Shown here piece by piece: positions 1-13,430 of a stretch of DNA of 64,000 bases; the stretch's first letter is position 1; every line of letters starts with the position of its first letter. Source of the DNA: Lama glama. Lineage: Eukaryota. Where the stretch lies: positions 61,630,001-61,694,000 of the forward strand of contig CM052817.1 in NCBI GenBank assembly GCA_028534125.1, in the 5' to 3' direction. The position numbers were made by a program, and so were the translations under genes. The notes under the pieces are model-generated. The model had not been told where the DNA came from. It did not search any database and was given only the letters and a program-made list of their open reading frames with translations.

Positions 1-164
1 CCTGGCCTGGGTCTTTCTGCAGAGCTGTCTGTCAGGTAGGAACCTGGCCTCAGGGGTTCACCCTGTGCTTTCCATTGTCCATGCTGAGAGAGTTCTCACT
101 GCATCTTCCTAGAACTTGTTGAAGTAGGAGGAATTCCTTTTATCTTGTGAGCTTTAAAACAAAA

Positions 165-205
165 TGATAGACTTTATTGTTTTAGAGCAGTTTTAGGTTT
201 AATCA
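165..205 (-). mobile_element. Tiny L1MC-like 3' end fragment
   Basis: ATAGACTTTATTGTTTTAGAGCAGTTTTAGGTT resembles the reverse-complemented L1MC 3' terminus (recalled consensus). Confidence 0.45.
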
Positions 206-3200
206 AAGTAACTTTTGAACAAAAAGGAAAGGATACCTTTTAGGTTTTTTTTTTTTTAACCTCTTCTTATCTTTAGTATCTTCTTGTTTCATCACAATGA
301 ATGGCTCTTTGTAGGCTGTGGCATCTGTTTTGTAGAAATTCCATGTCATCTTCCTTGATTTACACTCTTGTACTGTCTTTTTAATAACTTTTGATAGTTA
401 TATTGTGAAGTTATCCACTTTACCAGGTATGTCATTTTATTACCCAGTATTACCATGATTATCTTATTGGGGCGAGAGCTAAGATTTTTATGTCCATGAA
501 GTTTAGAAATGGTCACTGCTTCATGTTCTTTCACTAGTGTTTTAACTTTCTGATCTCAGAGCTGAAAAGTTTTTGTAAACTATTTAAATGACTAAGGGAA
601 AGTTTTGTCTCAATTATGCTCACGTTAAATTTCAAAATATTGTCATGAAACTTTTAAGTCTTCTAATCACTAGCAAAAATACTTGTTACCTAATTTTTTA
701 TTTACTTGAAATATGAAATGATATGCAGTCAGATAAATGGGAAGAGAATGGACTTAGTTCTGCGTCTTCTTTTCCTGTTGGCCACCAGTTTTATATTCTA
801 AATGTAGTTTATCCCAAAGTAAATGCTTTAGGAAAAGCTAACCAAAATCAGCCAGAAGAGGCTCCCCACCCTCTGCCAATCCCCCACACCCCCGCCCTTG
901 CCCTGGCTGTTTTCTGAAATGAATAGTTCTTCTATTTCCTAACCCCCATCTTTACTGGATATTTTCAAACTATTCTTTCTTCCTTTTATCAGTGGTGTAG
1001 CTTTTCCATCACTTGGCACTGTTGGATTTATAGTATATTTTGAAAAGACGTATTACTAAATCGAGCAATTCCCTATCTGTCTGGCATATTTAAATTGTGT
1101 ATTATTCAAATTAAGAGAATTTTTCAGATGATTAAGTTTTACACCCTTGATCATGAAAATACTTATTATTGATAGGCAACTCTAAAAATGTGCTTTTCTC
1201 TTGCCTCATAAAATAGGTTATATTGAACATAATTTAATCTTTTCTGATTACTGAATTATTATAGACACACTCTAAAAAACTCTGCTTTCGTAAGTACTTC
1301 TGATATAAATGGGCTCTTTGTCCCTACTCTAAGTGTTCTCAGGACTGAATTCTGTCTGTTTTGGCCTCTGATTTTTGTTATTTATTTGATGGCTACAGTA
1401 TTTCTGTCCCTAGTGGGCCCATGCCAGCACCCCTTCTCTCCTCCTTTTTTTTCTCATCGCTTTTTCCATGACACAACACACACATCACACACACATAGCC
1501 TTTTAGCTATTTGTATTGCTTTGATTACTTGAAAAATGAGAATTGGTCCAAAATAGGATAAAATAAGGACTTGAATCTGAAGCCAAGTGGTTATACTATT
1601 AGTCAACTATCTAAATCTCATTGTATTATCTGGCATCTCAGTTAACTAGTCAGTGGCTTTGTTTAATTTGCTTTTCAGTCTTGGTTAGGCTGGAGAGTTG
1701 AATTTTCTCATTAAATATGACTTTAGGTTAACTGAGATGTTACTGTAAAAATGTAACTTTTACATAGTTACATATGAATTTTGAAGCAGAATTGATTATG
1801 GAAGCATATCCAGTAAAATAAAACTATCTTTTAAAAATGATGTTCCCTAAGCAACCCTATTTCCATAGAATTTAACTGAAAACTATCCAAAGCAACTTAA
1901 CTGGGTTCTCCTTTTACCTTTTAGAAAATTACTGTCTGAAAGCAATGGCATTATTCAGGTAGTCACTAAAAGGGGGAAAATATGGTGTAACTAATTTCCT
2001 GTGGAAGGTTATATAGACAACCCCTTACTGAAACATTAAAAAATAATTTGGGTCCGGATTACCATTTTTAAAAAGTGAAAAACGATGCCACCTCTGAGTA
2101 CACTCAAACAATAAGCAGAACTGTAAAATGTTCAGCCTCAGATTTTGCTGTCTGGATTTTATGTTTGATCGATTCATAGTGCATTTGTAAAACTGATGGT
2201 ATTACTTTGCATATTTGGGGATGGCCAGTAAATTGTCAGGCCAGTTTTACATGAACTTTTAACAGTGTCTCCTATTCTGCAGACATGCCATGTGGTTAGT
2301 AGTAGTTAGGTGAATTCATGCTGTAGCAGTAGGTTTGACTCTCTTCTATTCAACAGTATTGGGGAAAATCGCAGACTTCTGACATGTTTGTGGCACCAAC
2401 GTCTTTCTGAATATAACCGTATTCTGAGCCTTTCTCAGATTACATACAAATAGGAAGTAATTGAAACCTTTGAGAAGAGGTTTTTGAAAACTTTTTTGAA
2501 GTTTTCGGTTGAGTAAGGATCAGGACTAAATGAATGAAAATAAGGGATGTTATGTAGACACATCTCTTGGTTTCTCTTTCATCTCATTACAGACAGACTT
2601 AAAGATAATAGGAATTTTCCCAGAAGAGGGTGTTTTTTCCTGTGCTTTCAACTCTTACGTTGCTCATGTGTCTTTATTGGGCTTCCTTGAGGTTCTGTTG
2701 ATTACATACTTGTGATATTTTCCAGTGCTTCTCAAAGGTATTGTGTGTGCTGTAAGAAGGCAACAACAAAAAATAATCGAAGTAAGTTTTGCTTATTTTT
2801 CATTTATATTGAATCTGTATTTGTGGTCAGGTTTAGTAAGGTTTACTTGTTTATTTAAATATGGAGTGTAATACGAAAGTGTATGATACTTCAGTCTTGG
2901 TAGTACTCAGTTCAAGAGATACATGTGTAAGAAATAAGTATGATTTAGTTAGAACCATTATTTCTCTATTTCCAGAACACTTGTTTTAAAAGTGCTAAGG
3001 GAATATTTTCAGGAATACATATATATTTCTGAAGTATTTACCCTGTAAGATGAAGTGTTGTGATGGCATATATTGTACAGAATTGATACAACTGATTAAA
3101 TATGAGTTCAGAAGGTGTAGGGAATAATTGAGGCAACAGTTGTTACCACATTTGGGTGTGGCAATTAACAGTGAAATGAATTCATGTTGCCCTGAGGTGT

Positions 3201-3564
3201 ATGGTGTAGTATTTCCCAAATTTGTCTGATATGAGGCTTTCCTGGGTGATAGAGGGTGTATGTGTGTGTGTGTTTTAAAATGCATTTCTGGATCATTTCT
3301 GAAGAGATTCTAATTGAATAGTTTGGGATAGGACCCATGAGTTTATACTTTTAATGATACCCTAGGTAATTCTTCTTATAAAGTATGTTTGGCCAATAAT
3401 CACATGGGTTAAAGAGTTAGACTGGCAAATAATATCTATTGACGGCAGCTACCAAGCAAAGAACAGTATTTATGCTGTTAGAGGACTCTTCGCCGTGTTA
3501 GTGGATGAATTTATAATAGTGATGATGGGAAATAGCTCTAGTCATAAAATTGCATCATTTCTTC

Positions 3565-3768
3565 ATCATGTATTTACTTAGTGTTTAAGATGCGCCAGGC
3601 ATTGTTTATTTATCACGTATAGCATTTGTGATTATTTTACATATCTCATTTAAGAGTTGAGGAAACCAAGACAGAGTTGTGATTTAACTTGGGTCAAATT
3701 TAATGAGTAGGGGAAGTAATATTTAACCCCCGGCAGTCTGTTGCTAGAGTTATTAGTACTGTTAACCA
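3565..3768 (-). mobile_element. MIR SINE (degenerate)
   Basis: TGCGCCAGGCATTG...GAGTTGAGGAAACCAAGACAGAG...GGCAGTCTG resembles the antisense MIR core. Confidence 0.65.
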
Positions 3769-3984
3769 AAGTATAGGTATATTGTATGCTTCGATTCCCT
3801 CTTTATTTGGTAAGAGCTGATAATTCCAAGCACCTCAACCCCAGCTTCCCTATAATAAAAAAGCAAGTCAGGTACGACACAGGGTTGGCTGTTGGGAGTG
3901 GTGTGAAGGGGCTGTTGGCATTCCCAGTGAAATGTGTCCCACAGCTCTCAGAGGATGCTGTAGTGTAAGAGGAGACACAAGCAG

Positions 3985-4470
3985 CCTGACGCAGGCGTCC
4001 TAGAGTACCCCTCATTCTTCGCTATGAGTCTCCAGACGCCAGCACATAAAAGCACCACGTCACTACCCCCCGGCCCCAAGTCTCATGACGTCAGCCCTCC
4101 CACACAAATACTCTTGAAGCCAGGCAGCAGTGTCTGTCCTTCACATATGTTTTTACTTGCTGACAGACCTTTGGCAGGTTTAGCTGCCTCAGTCCTAAGT
4201 GGTAACTTGACGTTGACATCTGCCTGTTAGTCAGAGCTGCAGAGTGGAGAGTTTCATCAGGGCGCTGATAATCTAAGGTGTTGACTGTCCTCAGGATAAT
4301 AAATACTGAAGGTTTCTCTTCCCCTCCTGCCTTCCGTATTTAATGTTAATTAACCTTAGTGTTGAGAATCTGTTCACTGGTGTTGCTCTTCCAGAAGGCA
4401 GCATCCAGAGAGGAAGATTGAAGGCAGGGAGCATCCTCAGCAAGATACTTGGCTTATGTGAGTCACTGTG
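3985..4470. promoter_or_regulatory. Putative enhancer: bZIP motif cluster (CRE, UPRE-like, AP-1)
   Basis: TGACGTCA 4086-4093; CCACGTCA (reverse complement TGACGTGG) 4055-4062; TGACG half sites at 3987 and 4208; TGAGTCA 4459-4465; CpGs retained in apparently non-repeat DNA. Confidence 0.4.
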
Positions 4471-4884
4471 GTTTTCGTGTAAACCATGCCATTGAGCATC
4501 CCAGGCTCATTTTAGTGCATGTTTCTCAGACTACCCCTGCAAAGCCATTCTCTCCAACCCAGTTTGAAGCAGGCAAACAGACAAGAACAAAACAATGGCT
4601 GGCACTCACACCATGCTTCTGGAGTGTAATTTTTCACTTCCACCTCCCCCTCATTCATACTGGGTGAGAACTTGTTCTTTCTGTTGTTCCCTTGATGGCA
4701 GAAAGATCATATCTTTGTGATGCTGTGATGAATAGAGTTCATAGTGATGACGTTGGAGGGGAACACTGACCCAGCCTTCCATCTCCGGGGAGAGAAGAAA
4801 TTGGGAAATTCAGACATTTTAGGCAAAGGAGAAATGAAAGCTAAATTTTAAAGGAGAGAAGAATTTCACTTTTATATGACTTAA

Positions 4885-6213
4885 AATTTTTATTTTATTG
4901 AAATAGTCAGTTTATAATGTTTAATTTCTGGTGTACAGCATAGTGTTTCAGTTATATGTGTGTATAATATATATTTATGTGTTCCTTTTCATATTCTTTT
5001 TCATTATAGATCATTATAAGGTATTGAATATAGGTCCCTGTGCTATACAGTAGGACCTTGTTGTTTATCTATTTTATATATAGTAGTTGGTATCTGCAAA
5101 TGCCAAACTCCCAATTTATCCTTTCACTCCACCCCCTTCCCTCCTGGTAACCGTAATTTTGTTTTTTATGTCTTTGATTCTGTTTCTGTTTTGTAAGGAA
5201 TTTCATTTATGTCATTTTTAAAAGATTCCACATATAAATGATATATGGTACTTTTCTTTCTCTTTCTGGCTCACTTCACTTAGTATGACAATCTCCAGGT
5301 CCATCCATGTTGTTGCAAATGGCATTGTTTCATTCTTTTTTATGGCTGAATATTCCATTGTGTGTATGTGTACATATACCACAGCTTCTTCATCCAGTCA
5401 TCTGTCGATGGGCATTTAGGTTGCTTCCATGTCTTGGCTATTATATGTAGTGCTGCTATGAACATTGGAGTCCATGTATATCTTTTCGAATTAGAGTTCC
5501 CCTGGATATATGCCCAGGAGTGGGATTGCTGGATCATATGGTAAGCCTGTTTTTAGTTTTTTAGGGAATCTCCATGCTGTTTTTCATAAATGGCTACACG
5601 AAACTACATTGCCACCAGCACTGTGGGAAGATTCCCTTTTCTCCACACCTTCTTCAGCATTTATCATTTGTGGACTTTTTAATGATGGCCGTTCTAACTG
5701 GTGTGAGTTGATACCTCATCGCAGTTTTGATTTGCATTTTTTTGATAATTAGCAATATTGAGCATTTTTTCATGTGCCTGTTGGCTGTTTGTATGTCTTC
5801 ATTGGAGAAATGCTTGCTTATGTTTTCTGCCCATTTTAGGATTTTTTTTTTTTTTTTTTTTTACTGAGTTGTATGAGCTGTTTGTATATTCTGGAAATTA
5901 AGCACGTGTCAGTTGCATCATTTGCAAATATTTTCTCCCATTCCATACATTGTCTTTTTGTTTATAGTTTCCTTTGTTGTGCAAAAGCTTGTAAGTTTGA
6001 TTATGTCCCATTTGTTCATTTTTGCTTTTATTTCTGTTGCCTGGGTAGACTGCCATAGGAGAACGTTGCTAAGATATGTCAGAAAATGTTTGCCTATGTT
6101 TTTCTCTAGGAGGTTTATAGTGTCTTTTCTTAAGTTTGTCTTTAAGCCATTTTGAGTATTTTTGTGTACAGTGTGAGGGAGTGTTCTGACTTCATTGATT
6201 TACGTGTGGCTGT
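4885..6213 (-). mobile_element. 5'-truncated LINE-1 (ORF2 C-terminus plus 3'UTR), cetartiodactyl/camelid type
   Basis: ORF 5340-5537(-) contains TPMFIAALHIIAKTWKQPKCPSTDDWMKKLWY, the L1 ORF2p C-terminus; T-rich tail at ~4885; frameshifted. Confidence 0.92.
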
Positions 6214-6834
6214 TACGTTTTTTAATTCATGATTTTTTTGTCTCTCGTTTTGAATGCATTTGATTCAATGGGTGTCACTTTTTCTAAGTGGAATTCAATC
6301 AGAGTAGTGTAGTATTTGTGATTCTCTTTTTCACTAGAACTAGAGGATGATCCCAATTTCTCTTGTCATTTGCCTTGATAGCCTCTTTAGCAGAAGGCAT
6401 TCTTCCAGTGCTGTGTCTACAGAAAGAAATTTCGGGCCGTTTTCACTGCCTTTTTGGCTATTTTGAATCAGGAATCTTTTTAGCAAGGTGTACACATTTG
6501 TATTTAGATATCATTTGTGCAGGAACAGCTTTGAATCCAGATGTGAGATTTCATTTTAGTTCAGAGTTTATATTTGAAGAGTGTATAGGAGATCATTTAT
6601 TTTATGCCATTCCATGGATTAGGAAACAGTCTGAGTATAGAAGTTTATTGTGAGGATTATTTAGATATTTCCCTGTGATGGGAAGCAAAACTATTTTAAG
6701 GTCTTTTTGTTGTTTTACTGTTTTCTTTGGTCAGCAAATGGTCTTTCAGTGAATAGGACAAGGACTGTCAAGCGCTTAATAGGGGTCTGGCACTCTTGTA
6801 GAATACACGTGGGCAACTGTGAAGAAGTGAAGTC

Positions 6835-6975
6835 AGCTTGTTGCTCCTTATCTGTGTGACCTCAGGCCAGTCCTGTCCCATCTTTGGACTTCACTGTCCT
6901 CAGCTGTAAAATGAAAATTGTCATATCACATTTGCCTTCCAGTTGGGTTGTTTTGAGGATCAAGAGAAGCTGTGT
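6835..6975 (+). mobile_element. MIR SINE core
   Basis: CTGTGTGACCTCAGGCCAGT...TGTCCTCAGCTGTAAAATGAAAAT...GTTGTTTTGAGGAT. Confidence 0.7.
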
Positions 6976-7643
6976 CTTTTTAAAATTGTAATATAATTAT
7001 CTAAAATTAGTTGTTATTTTTAGTCTTTTTTTTTATATAGTCACTGTTCATCAGGAACTTATAACTTGTTTGTTTTAACAAAGTTTATGCAAAATAAATA
7101 TTTGAAGAGCAGCATAAAGTAGGATATAACTAAATGCAATTATTTTTCAGCAGTTTCTATGTTTTACAGGTCAGGAAAAGGAGAGATAGGTTAGTCAGAG
7201 GAGGCTTGCAGGAGAATTGGGTGAACTGGATATTTAAGTGTGGATTAGGGCAGGGAGACCTAGACCTGGAGCAGAGAGTGATCATGATGGTGGGAAGGAA
7301 GATAGGTAAGCCGATCCACCTGATTTCACCCAGGTGCCATGGACCTGAAAATTGCCTGCCTTCGAATGTCATCCAGAGCCTCCATAGCAGATCCCTGTGG
7401 TCTCTGGGACTCAGCTTACTCCTTTGCACATCATAGTTCCTCTTCATGGGATTATATTCCTCCTTTCCTTCTTCCAATGTAGTGTCATAGATCTTATGGC
7501 ACAGGTATCAGCACCCTGGTGCCTTTGCTGCACAATTAGCCTTCCCTCCTCTGCCTTCCTACAGTACCTTCTGGAGGGCTCCATGACTTACGACTTACCA
7601 TTAGTTACGTGGTTTAAATGCATCATTCCATTTTGTCATTATA

Positions 7644-7676
7644 ATAGCTTCCTGAGTTGTTATAGCTTCCTGAGTT
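7644..7676. repeat. Short direct duplication ATAGCTTCCTGAGTT x2 (18-bp period)
   Basis: Seen directly at 7644-7658 and 7662-7676. Confidence 0.85.
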
Positions 7677-7677
7677 A

Positions 7678-7795
7678 GGTATTACTATTATTATCCTTAT
7701 TTTACAAACAGTAATGAAAATCCTTGAGACTCTGAAAGCTTAAATAATTTGTTCAAGGTCCTTTAGCTAATAACGTACATTGGGACTTAAACTAA
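7678..7795 (-). mobile_element. MIR SINE fragment
   Basis: GGTATTACTATTATTATCCTTATTTTACA...TAAATAATTTGTTCAAGGTC. Confidence 0.6.
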
Positions 7796-8844
7796 ACCTA
7801 TGTATCTATTCTTATCAATGATGGAAAACTGAAAGATAATTTTTAACTACTTTATTTTAAGAAGTTTTTGCATGTAAAATATATGAGAGGAAAAAATAAT
7901 ACAAAAATAGACTTTGGAAACTTTTCCCATTTATTTTTTTTTCCTGCTGGATTTTGCAGAGCAATAGATAAAGTGAACCTTATGATTAAACAAGAGATCA
8001 GTAATATATTGAGGTAAAGAAGAGTTAATTATAATTAACTCAGATTGTCAAGAATGCATTTTTTCTTTTCACTGTGTGCAACACTTTATACTATGCAAGT
8101 CTAAAAAATTCTGAATTCTGGTTGTAGGATTCTATTTCATTTCATATTTTACAAGTGAATATATACCAAATTGGTTGGCATATAGCAAATTGATTGTTTA
8201 AAAGCGATTTTATTTTTAGCTGGCAGGAGCACTTTGGAGGCAAGGAATGGTTTGTATTTGGTTCCAGGTACTGTGGTTGCCTGCCGTAAGCGGGGAGAGA
8301 CAGGCGGCTGTACAGACATCACATTTATTGGATGTTCGACTACCTACTTTTCCCAGGTCAGTGGCTCTGGCTGAATCTCAAGCATGTGTGTTGAAATTGG
8401 TTTGGCCTAGGTCTGTGACAGAAGAACTGTTCCTCTTGGGGGCAAGTCTGGTTGGTGAGAGGCCTGGGGGGCTCTGGAGCTAGATAAACTGCCACTCGGG
8501 GAAACTCCTCAGTGTTTTGTTTTTTCTTTTCTGTTTTTTTTTTTTTTAAAGGCATCTTTGTCATCCCAGGAGTTCAGTTATCTACGCTAAAATATCTTTG
8601 GCCAGGATGGTCAGTGAGAAAAGAGATGAATGAAGTAAAAGAAGGCTTTGTGACAAATGTGGGATTTGAGCTGAACTTTGAGGGATGGTGGGACTTACTT
8701 GGAAGTGCTACCCAGAGAATAGTAGCAGAGACCTGGAACTGATGCCATATTGAGGGTGATAGTGGGAGTTCTGATAGGATTAGAGAAAATTGTCTCCCGG
8801 GTTAATAAAATCTACCTGTTACCACTCGGATGTGCAGAGAAATG

Positions 8845-9620
8845 TGTAGTTTGTGTATAATTAATCTCGTCTTTCTGGTAAGACTCATTTACTCATTGCT
8901 TAAAAGGCAAAACATAACTATTATAGCCAGTCTGAAGGAAGAGTAGTTGAGTTTATAGCTTAATCTTCTTGAGTAATGACGCTTCTCTCTAGGACGCTTC
9001 ACTACTCTGTCGGGCATCTCACCCTTCTTCCCAGCACTTCCCCCAGATAGTGAGGTGGACGGGATAGTGGGTGAGGCAGAGTTACCTGGTGGTGCCTGCT
9101 GTCTACTGCCCTTGTCTGTGGGGCAGTGGCTCTTGTTTCCCTGCTTGCTGAATGCCTCCTCAGCCCGTGGTGCTCGTGCTTGTGGCTGATGAACTCACAG
9201 GCCATTCTTTGAATTTCTCTCTCTGGGTACACCCTGGCTGACTCCAGACTCCTTGGCTTGTGCTGGATCGTGGAGCCCATGGAGGTCTGGGCTATGATAC
9301 CCACTGGGTCATGTCCTGAGCAGTCCATCCTGCATCCTTGTTCCAGAGCCACCTCAAGTTGTGGCAGTGATCTCTGTCTGAGAAGCTTCTTGATCAGAGT
9401 CTTAGCTAGATCTGCATCTGGTCTACCCCCACACAGTAATCCAGCATGGTTCAGGAAAGCTTCACCTCAGTGACTTCTCTGCCTCCAGGAAACTGGTTTG
9501 CTTTGATATGGTTCCATCCCAGGTCCTTAGGAATATCTTTAAGACACGCAACTGGAGAAAGGAGCTTATGAGCAGAGTGGGACCAAGAGAAGTAAAGAAT
9601 TGACATGTCTACTCATCTCA
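8845..9620 (-). mobile_element. Possible ancient ERV solo LTR (LTR78/79-like, uncertain)
   Basis: GC-richer block with loose resemblance to old ERV LTR consensus; no coding homology in the 116-aa ORF. Confidence 0.25.
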
Positions 9621-12164
9621 GTTTCCTGCCTCTCCTCACTTTTCTTCTAATTCTTCCAATGTGAGAAACAGGCAGGATTCTTTCCTCTTCCTCTCAGGTC
9701 TTTGTTATGTAGGAATCTATAGTTTAGCTCAGCAAAGATGGCAAAGGAAGGATAATCTTTGGTCAAGATAATAACTTGATTTATAAGGCTCTTGTTTTGC
9801 TGCAAAATTTTATTTTCTGAATGTTAGAAGTTGAAAATTTCTTCTGTCTTGGTCTTTGCATTTGCAGTTCTTTTATGATAAATCTTAATCTCTGTAAGCT
9901 AAGCTTGGGACAGATTTGGGAAAAGGCCGTGTGCTCAAGAAGTGCAAAGGTAAGAAAAAAAAATTTAACATTTCATAGTGCGTTTGTTACAAGTGGTAAA
10001 AAATGACCCAGAAAACTGACCCAGGTTCTTTGAACCAGATTTTCCAGGCTCTGTCCTATAGGATGAGTTAATAGCATGCTTAAAATGATTCCTTCCAAAA
10101 GGGATGTATGGCCAAAGTGGGTATCTGCCTCTTAGAAGGTCACAGCAAATATTAGTTTATTAAAGGTTCTGAAAAGTCCTGTATAAAAAGAGGTATCTGT
10201 TAAGTTTTGACCATGAGGCTTAAGAAAATTGTTAAATTCCTAAGGGGGAGAAGCTTTTTAGCTGTGGCTGATCTAAATACAGGTCAGGGTCATGGCCATG
10301 CCAGTTAGAGCCTAAAACCAAAGAGAAAGAGATTTGAATGGCCGTTCAGACAACTTGCTTTGTTAATGTTTCTTTGCCAAGGACTATTACTGAACCTCTG
10401 GTGAAGGTATTTTTTGAAGTAAATCTATATTTTAAACCTGTTCACCTAGTATTTACTTTAAACTGAACTCCAGATAGAAGTTATTTTCTTTTGGAACTTT
10501 TACATAAAGTAGTTTATGTGATGTAGAAACTGCTTTGTAATACGTATGCCTAGCAGTGAGCCTTTTGTTAGAGCCACTGAGTTTTCCCTTCCGATTAAAT
10601 GGGAAATGTTGAAATTCTGTTTCATTTGGCTGCAAGCAAACAAATTCACTTGGGATCTCTTCTGCATCAGCTTTCTTCAGATAAAGAGTATAATGCTAAT
10701 ACTACTTATGTTTACATAATTCTGGAATTAAGTATAGACAGGAATAGGCAGGATGTACACTTGTCTGAAGTAATATACCAGCTAACAGTCCTTATTTTAG
10801 AGTTCTTCTGGGATCCACAAAGTAAAGGAAACATATACTGTGCCTGTTAAAGGGATAGTTTCTTCCAGCTCCAAAATTCTTTGTGTCTTTAATTCTGTGT
10901 CTTAAACTAAGCCATGCCTCTATCTCCCATATATCAAAGTAGAGAAATAAAGCTCAGAGAAGTTAAATAACAATTTTAAGTTTCTATAGTGAGCACTAAA
11001 ATACAATTTTACTTTCAGTAAGCTGAGTAATGATCTAACAGTTTAGGTAAATTTATTTTTTGATAACATATTTCATTGAAATCTAAGGAATTTGATTCCT
11101 TATTAAGATCTTAAACCAGATGCACTTTATAGATGTTAAACTCCTGGTTGTATGTTTTTAATTCACTGAAGGGAAGTGTATTTATAAAACTTAGAAATAT
11201 GTGGAGAAACACCTTCAACTTTTAATTTATTTTAACCAAGCATATTTTGTGATTAATGATAAATGAAAGCTGCAACTTTATTGCAGAAGGCTTTTGTGCC
11301 CCAGTCGGAATAATTTGTATTCATGAGCCACAGTGGAATGAATGTATAATGCAGTTATAAATCATACTTGTATTATTGTTCCCAGCAGTTGAAATGGGTT
11401 TTAAAAAGAAAAGTCACAGAATAATTACATCGCTGTAGCAGGGGTAGGAGAATTACTGTGGAGAGGAGTGTGGAAACTGGGAAAGTAGTGTGGATATAGA
11501 TGGTGATTCAGGCAAAACCCTGGCTTTTAACAAGAATGCTCTGAGAATGAGTAAATCTGTTAAATTTTGTCCTTTTATTCTTTGTTAAAATCTCCATATC
11601 TTAATATATACTAGCAGCTGAAAAGTTATATATAGAGTAAATGAAGAAAATGAATGAATGAATAAATATAGATCTGGAAAATTGGTAGCCAATAATAGTG
11701 TAACAGGAGAAGATTGATTCATACAATTAAGACTCTCAATTCCTTTACAATACATTCATCTGATAACTTTCACTCCCTGGATATAGCAATAACTGTACAT
11801 AATGGAATCCAGTGCAAGTCAACAAATATTTTTCCAAGCAATGCATTTTCTGAGGGGACTTCTATGTGTAGTTCACTTTAGCTTTATTTAGGAAAACCAA
11901 CCTCTTAGTATCTAAATGGGATATTCTCCTTACTGTGTCATATTGATCTTAAGAGTATAGGTACAACTTAAGTTCAGGCTGAATCGAGGCATTTTAACTG
12001 TGTTCAGTGAATTCAGTCAGTGTTGACAGTGAGTTTCTGGGTGTCAGGCCCAGAGTTAAGATTCTTCTCCATCATAACTGGGAGTTGGAACAAAATTAAT
12101 TAGTTGGCTGAGTCATTCCCTTTGACTGTATACCCGTTGTCTATAGTAGACTGTTAGCTGCTGG

Positions 12165-12290
12165 ACTTCAAACTAGTGACTTATGCTCACAGAGACTGTT
12201 TCCTTACTATGTACAATGAGGGTAATACCTACCTCACAGGGTTTTGATGAGGATAAAATGCATCATTTGATACGCCCGCTGCCTAGCACA
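12165..12290 (+). mobile_element. MIR SINE fragment
   Basis: GTTTCCTTACTATGTACAATGAGGGTAATACCTACCTCACAGGGTTTTGATGAGGATAAAATG. Confidence 0.7.
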
Positions 12291-12413
12291 ATTTGTGGAG
12301 GTTATTGCACCAGTAATTAGTAATTTCTTCTTCACTTTTCCCTCTGTATTCTTTTACTGTACTGTAGTTCTGAGTTAATTACGCTTCCGATGCTTCAGTG
12401 TTCTCATTACTTC

Positions 12414-12600
12414 CAGGGATGCCAGGTAAAATGTATGATATCCAGTTAAACTTGAGTCTCAGATAAACAAGGAATATATTTTACTATGAATTTGTCCCAA
12501 ATATTGTATGGGACATACTTATACTAAGTTAGTCATGTTTATGTGACATTCCAATTTAATCGAGTATCTTGTATTTTTATTTGCTAAATCTGGCAACTTT
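12414..12600 (+). mobile_element. MER53 palindromic hAT MITE, full length
   Basis: CAGGGATGCCAGGTAAAAT...TGTCCCAAATATTGTATGGGACATACTTATACTAA...GCTAAATCTGGCAACTTT matches recalled MER53; near 8-bp TSD ATTACTTC (12406-12413) / ATTACTAC (12601-12608). Confidence 0.88.
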
Positions 12601-13430
12601 ATTACTACACGCTGAATTTTACATCATTAGCAATTGATATTCCTTTTTCTTATGAAGGACATTATTAAATAAGTTCATAATGAGTAAAAAATATTGCTAG
12701 TTATTTGTGTATTATAATATATTATAATGAAAGTCATATTAAAATAAATCAGATTTAAAATAAATCATATTAGAATAATCAATTTTGATATAAAAAGTTT
12801 GATAATGGTTTTTATTATAATTGCCTGTGTTTTATTTATTGAATTAAGGAACTAGAGAAAGAGAGGGAGTGAAGGACGAAGATGGGGAGAGAGAGGCAAG
12901 AATCTACTAGAGAGAAATTGTGTATGTACTTATGGCTATAAATCAGTAAAGTCAGGAAGTGAATCACACTTAGGTAATTAAGAATGATTTAATTTATGTT
13001 CAAGGAGTGAAATCTGGTAACAGCAAATCTGGTGAACATGCCGCCATACCTGGTATATTGTGACTGGAGAGAATAACATGATGTTTTGTAATCTGTGGAG
13101 AACAGGAATTAAATTCAATATGGATCCAGGATTATATATAATGAACTTTGTTTTATATTGTTTCAGCATTTGAAATAATAAAATAAGTATTTTTCATTGC
13201 AACATTGTACATGTATTTGCGATTTTTCTATTTTGTACTTGTAATTGTTACTTTGTAGAATTTCTAAAATTAAATGAACATACTTGTTCCTAATGCTGTT
13301 CTAAAGGTTTTTGGATTTTTTGGCTATACAGCACATATACCAGCTATAAAAAAATTTTGGAATTACAGAAAATTAAAATAATTACTCACAGCTTCATTAC
13401 ACAGAGAAAACTAGTATCTTTGGTATTTTA

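Noticed and set aside
4721..4776. C/D snoRNA-like arrangement (GTGATGA...CTGA with a GCTG/CAGC stem)
   Set aside because: Only ~55 nt, with no D' box and no recognisable rRNA/snRNA antisense element
9002..9352. 116-aa ORF in a GC-richer block
   Set aside because: No recognisable homology, GTG start, and probably within an old LTR
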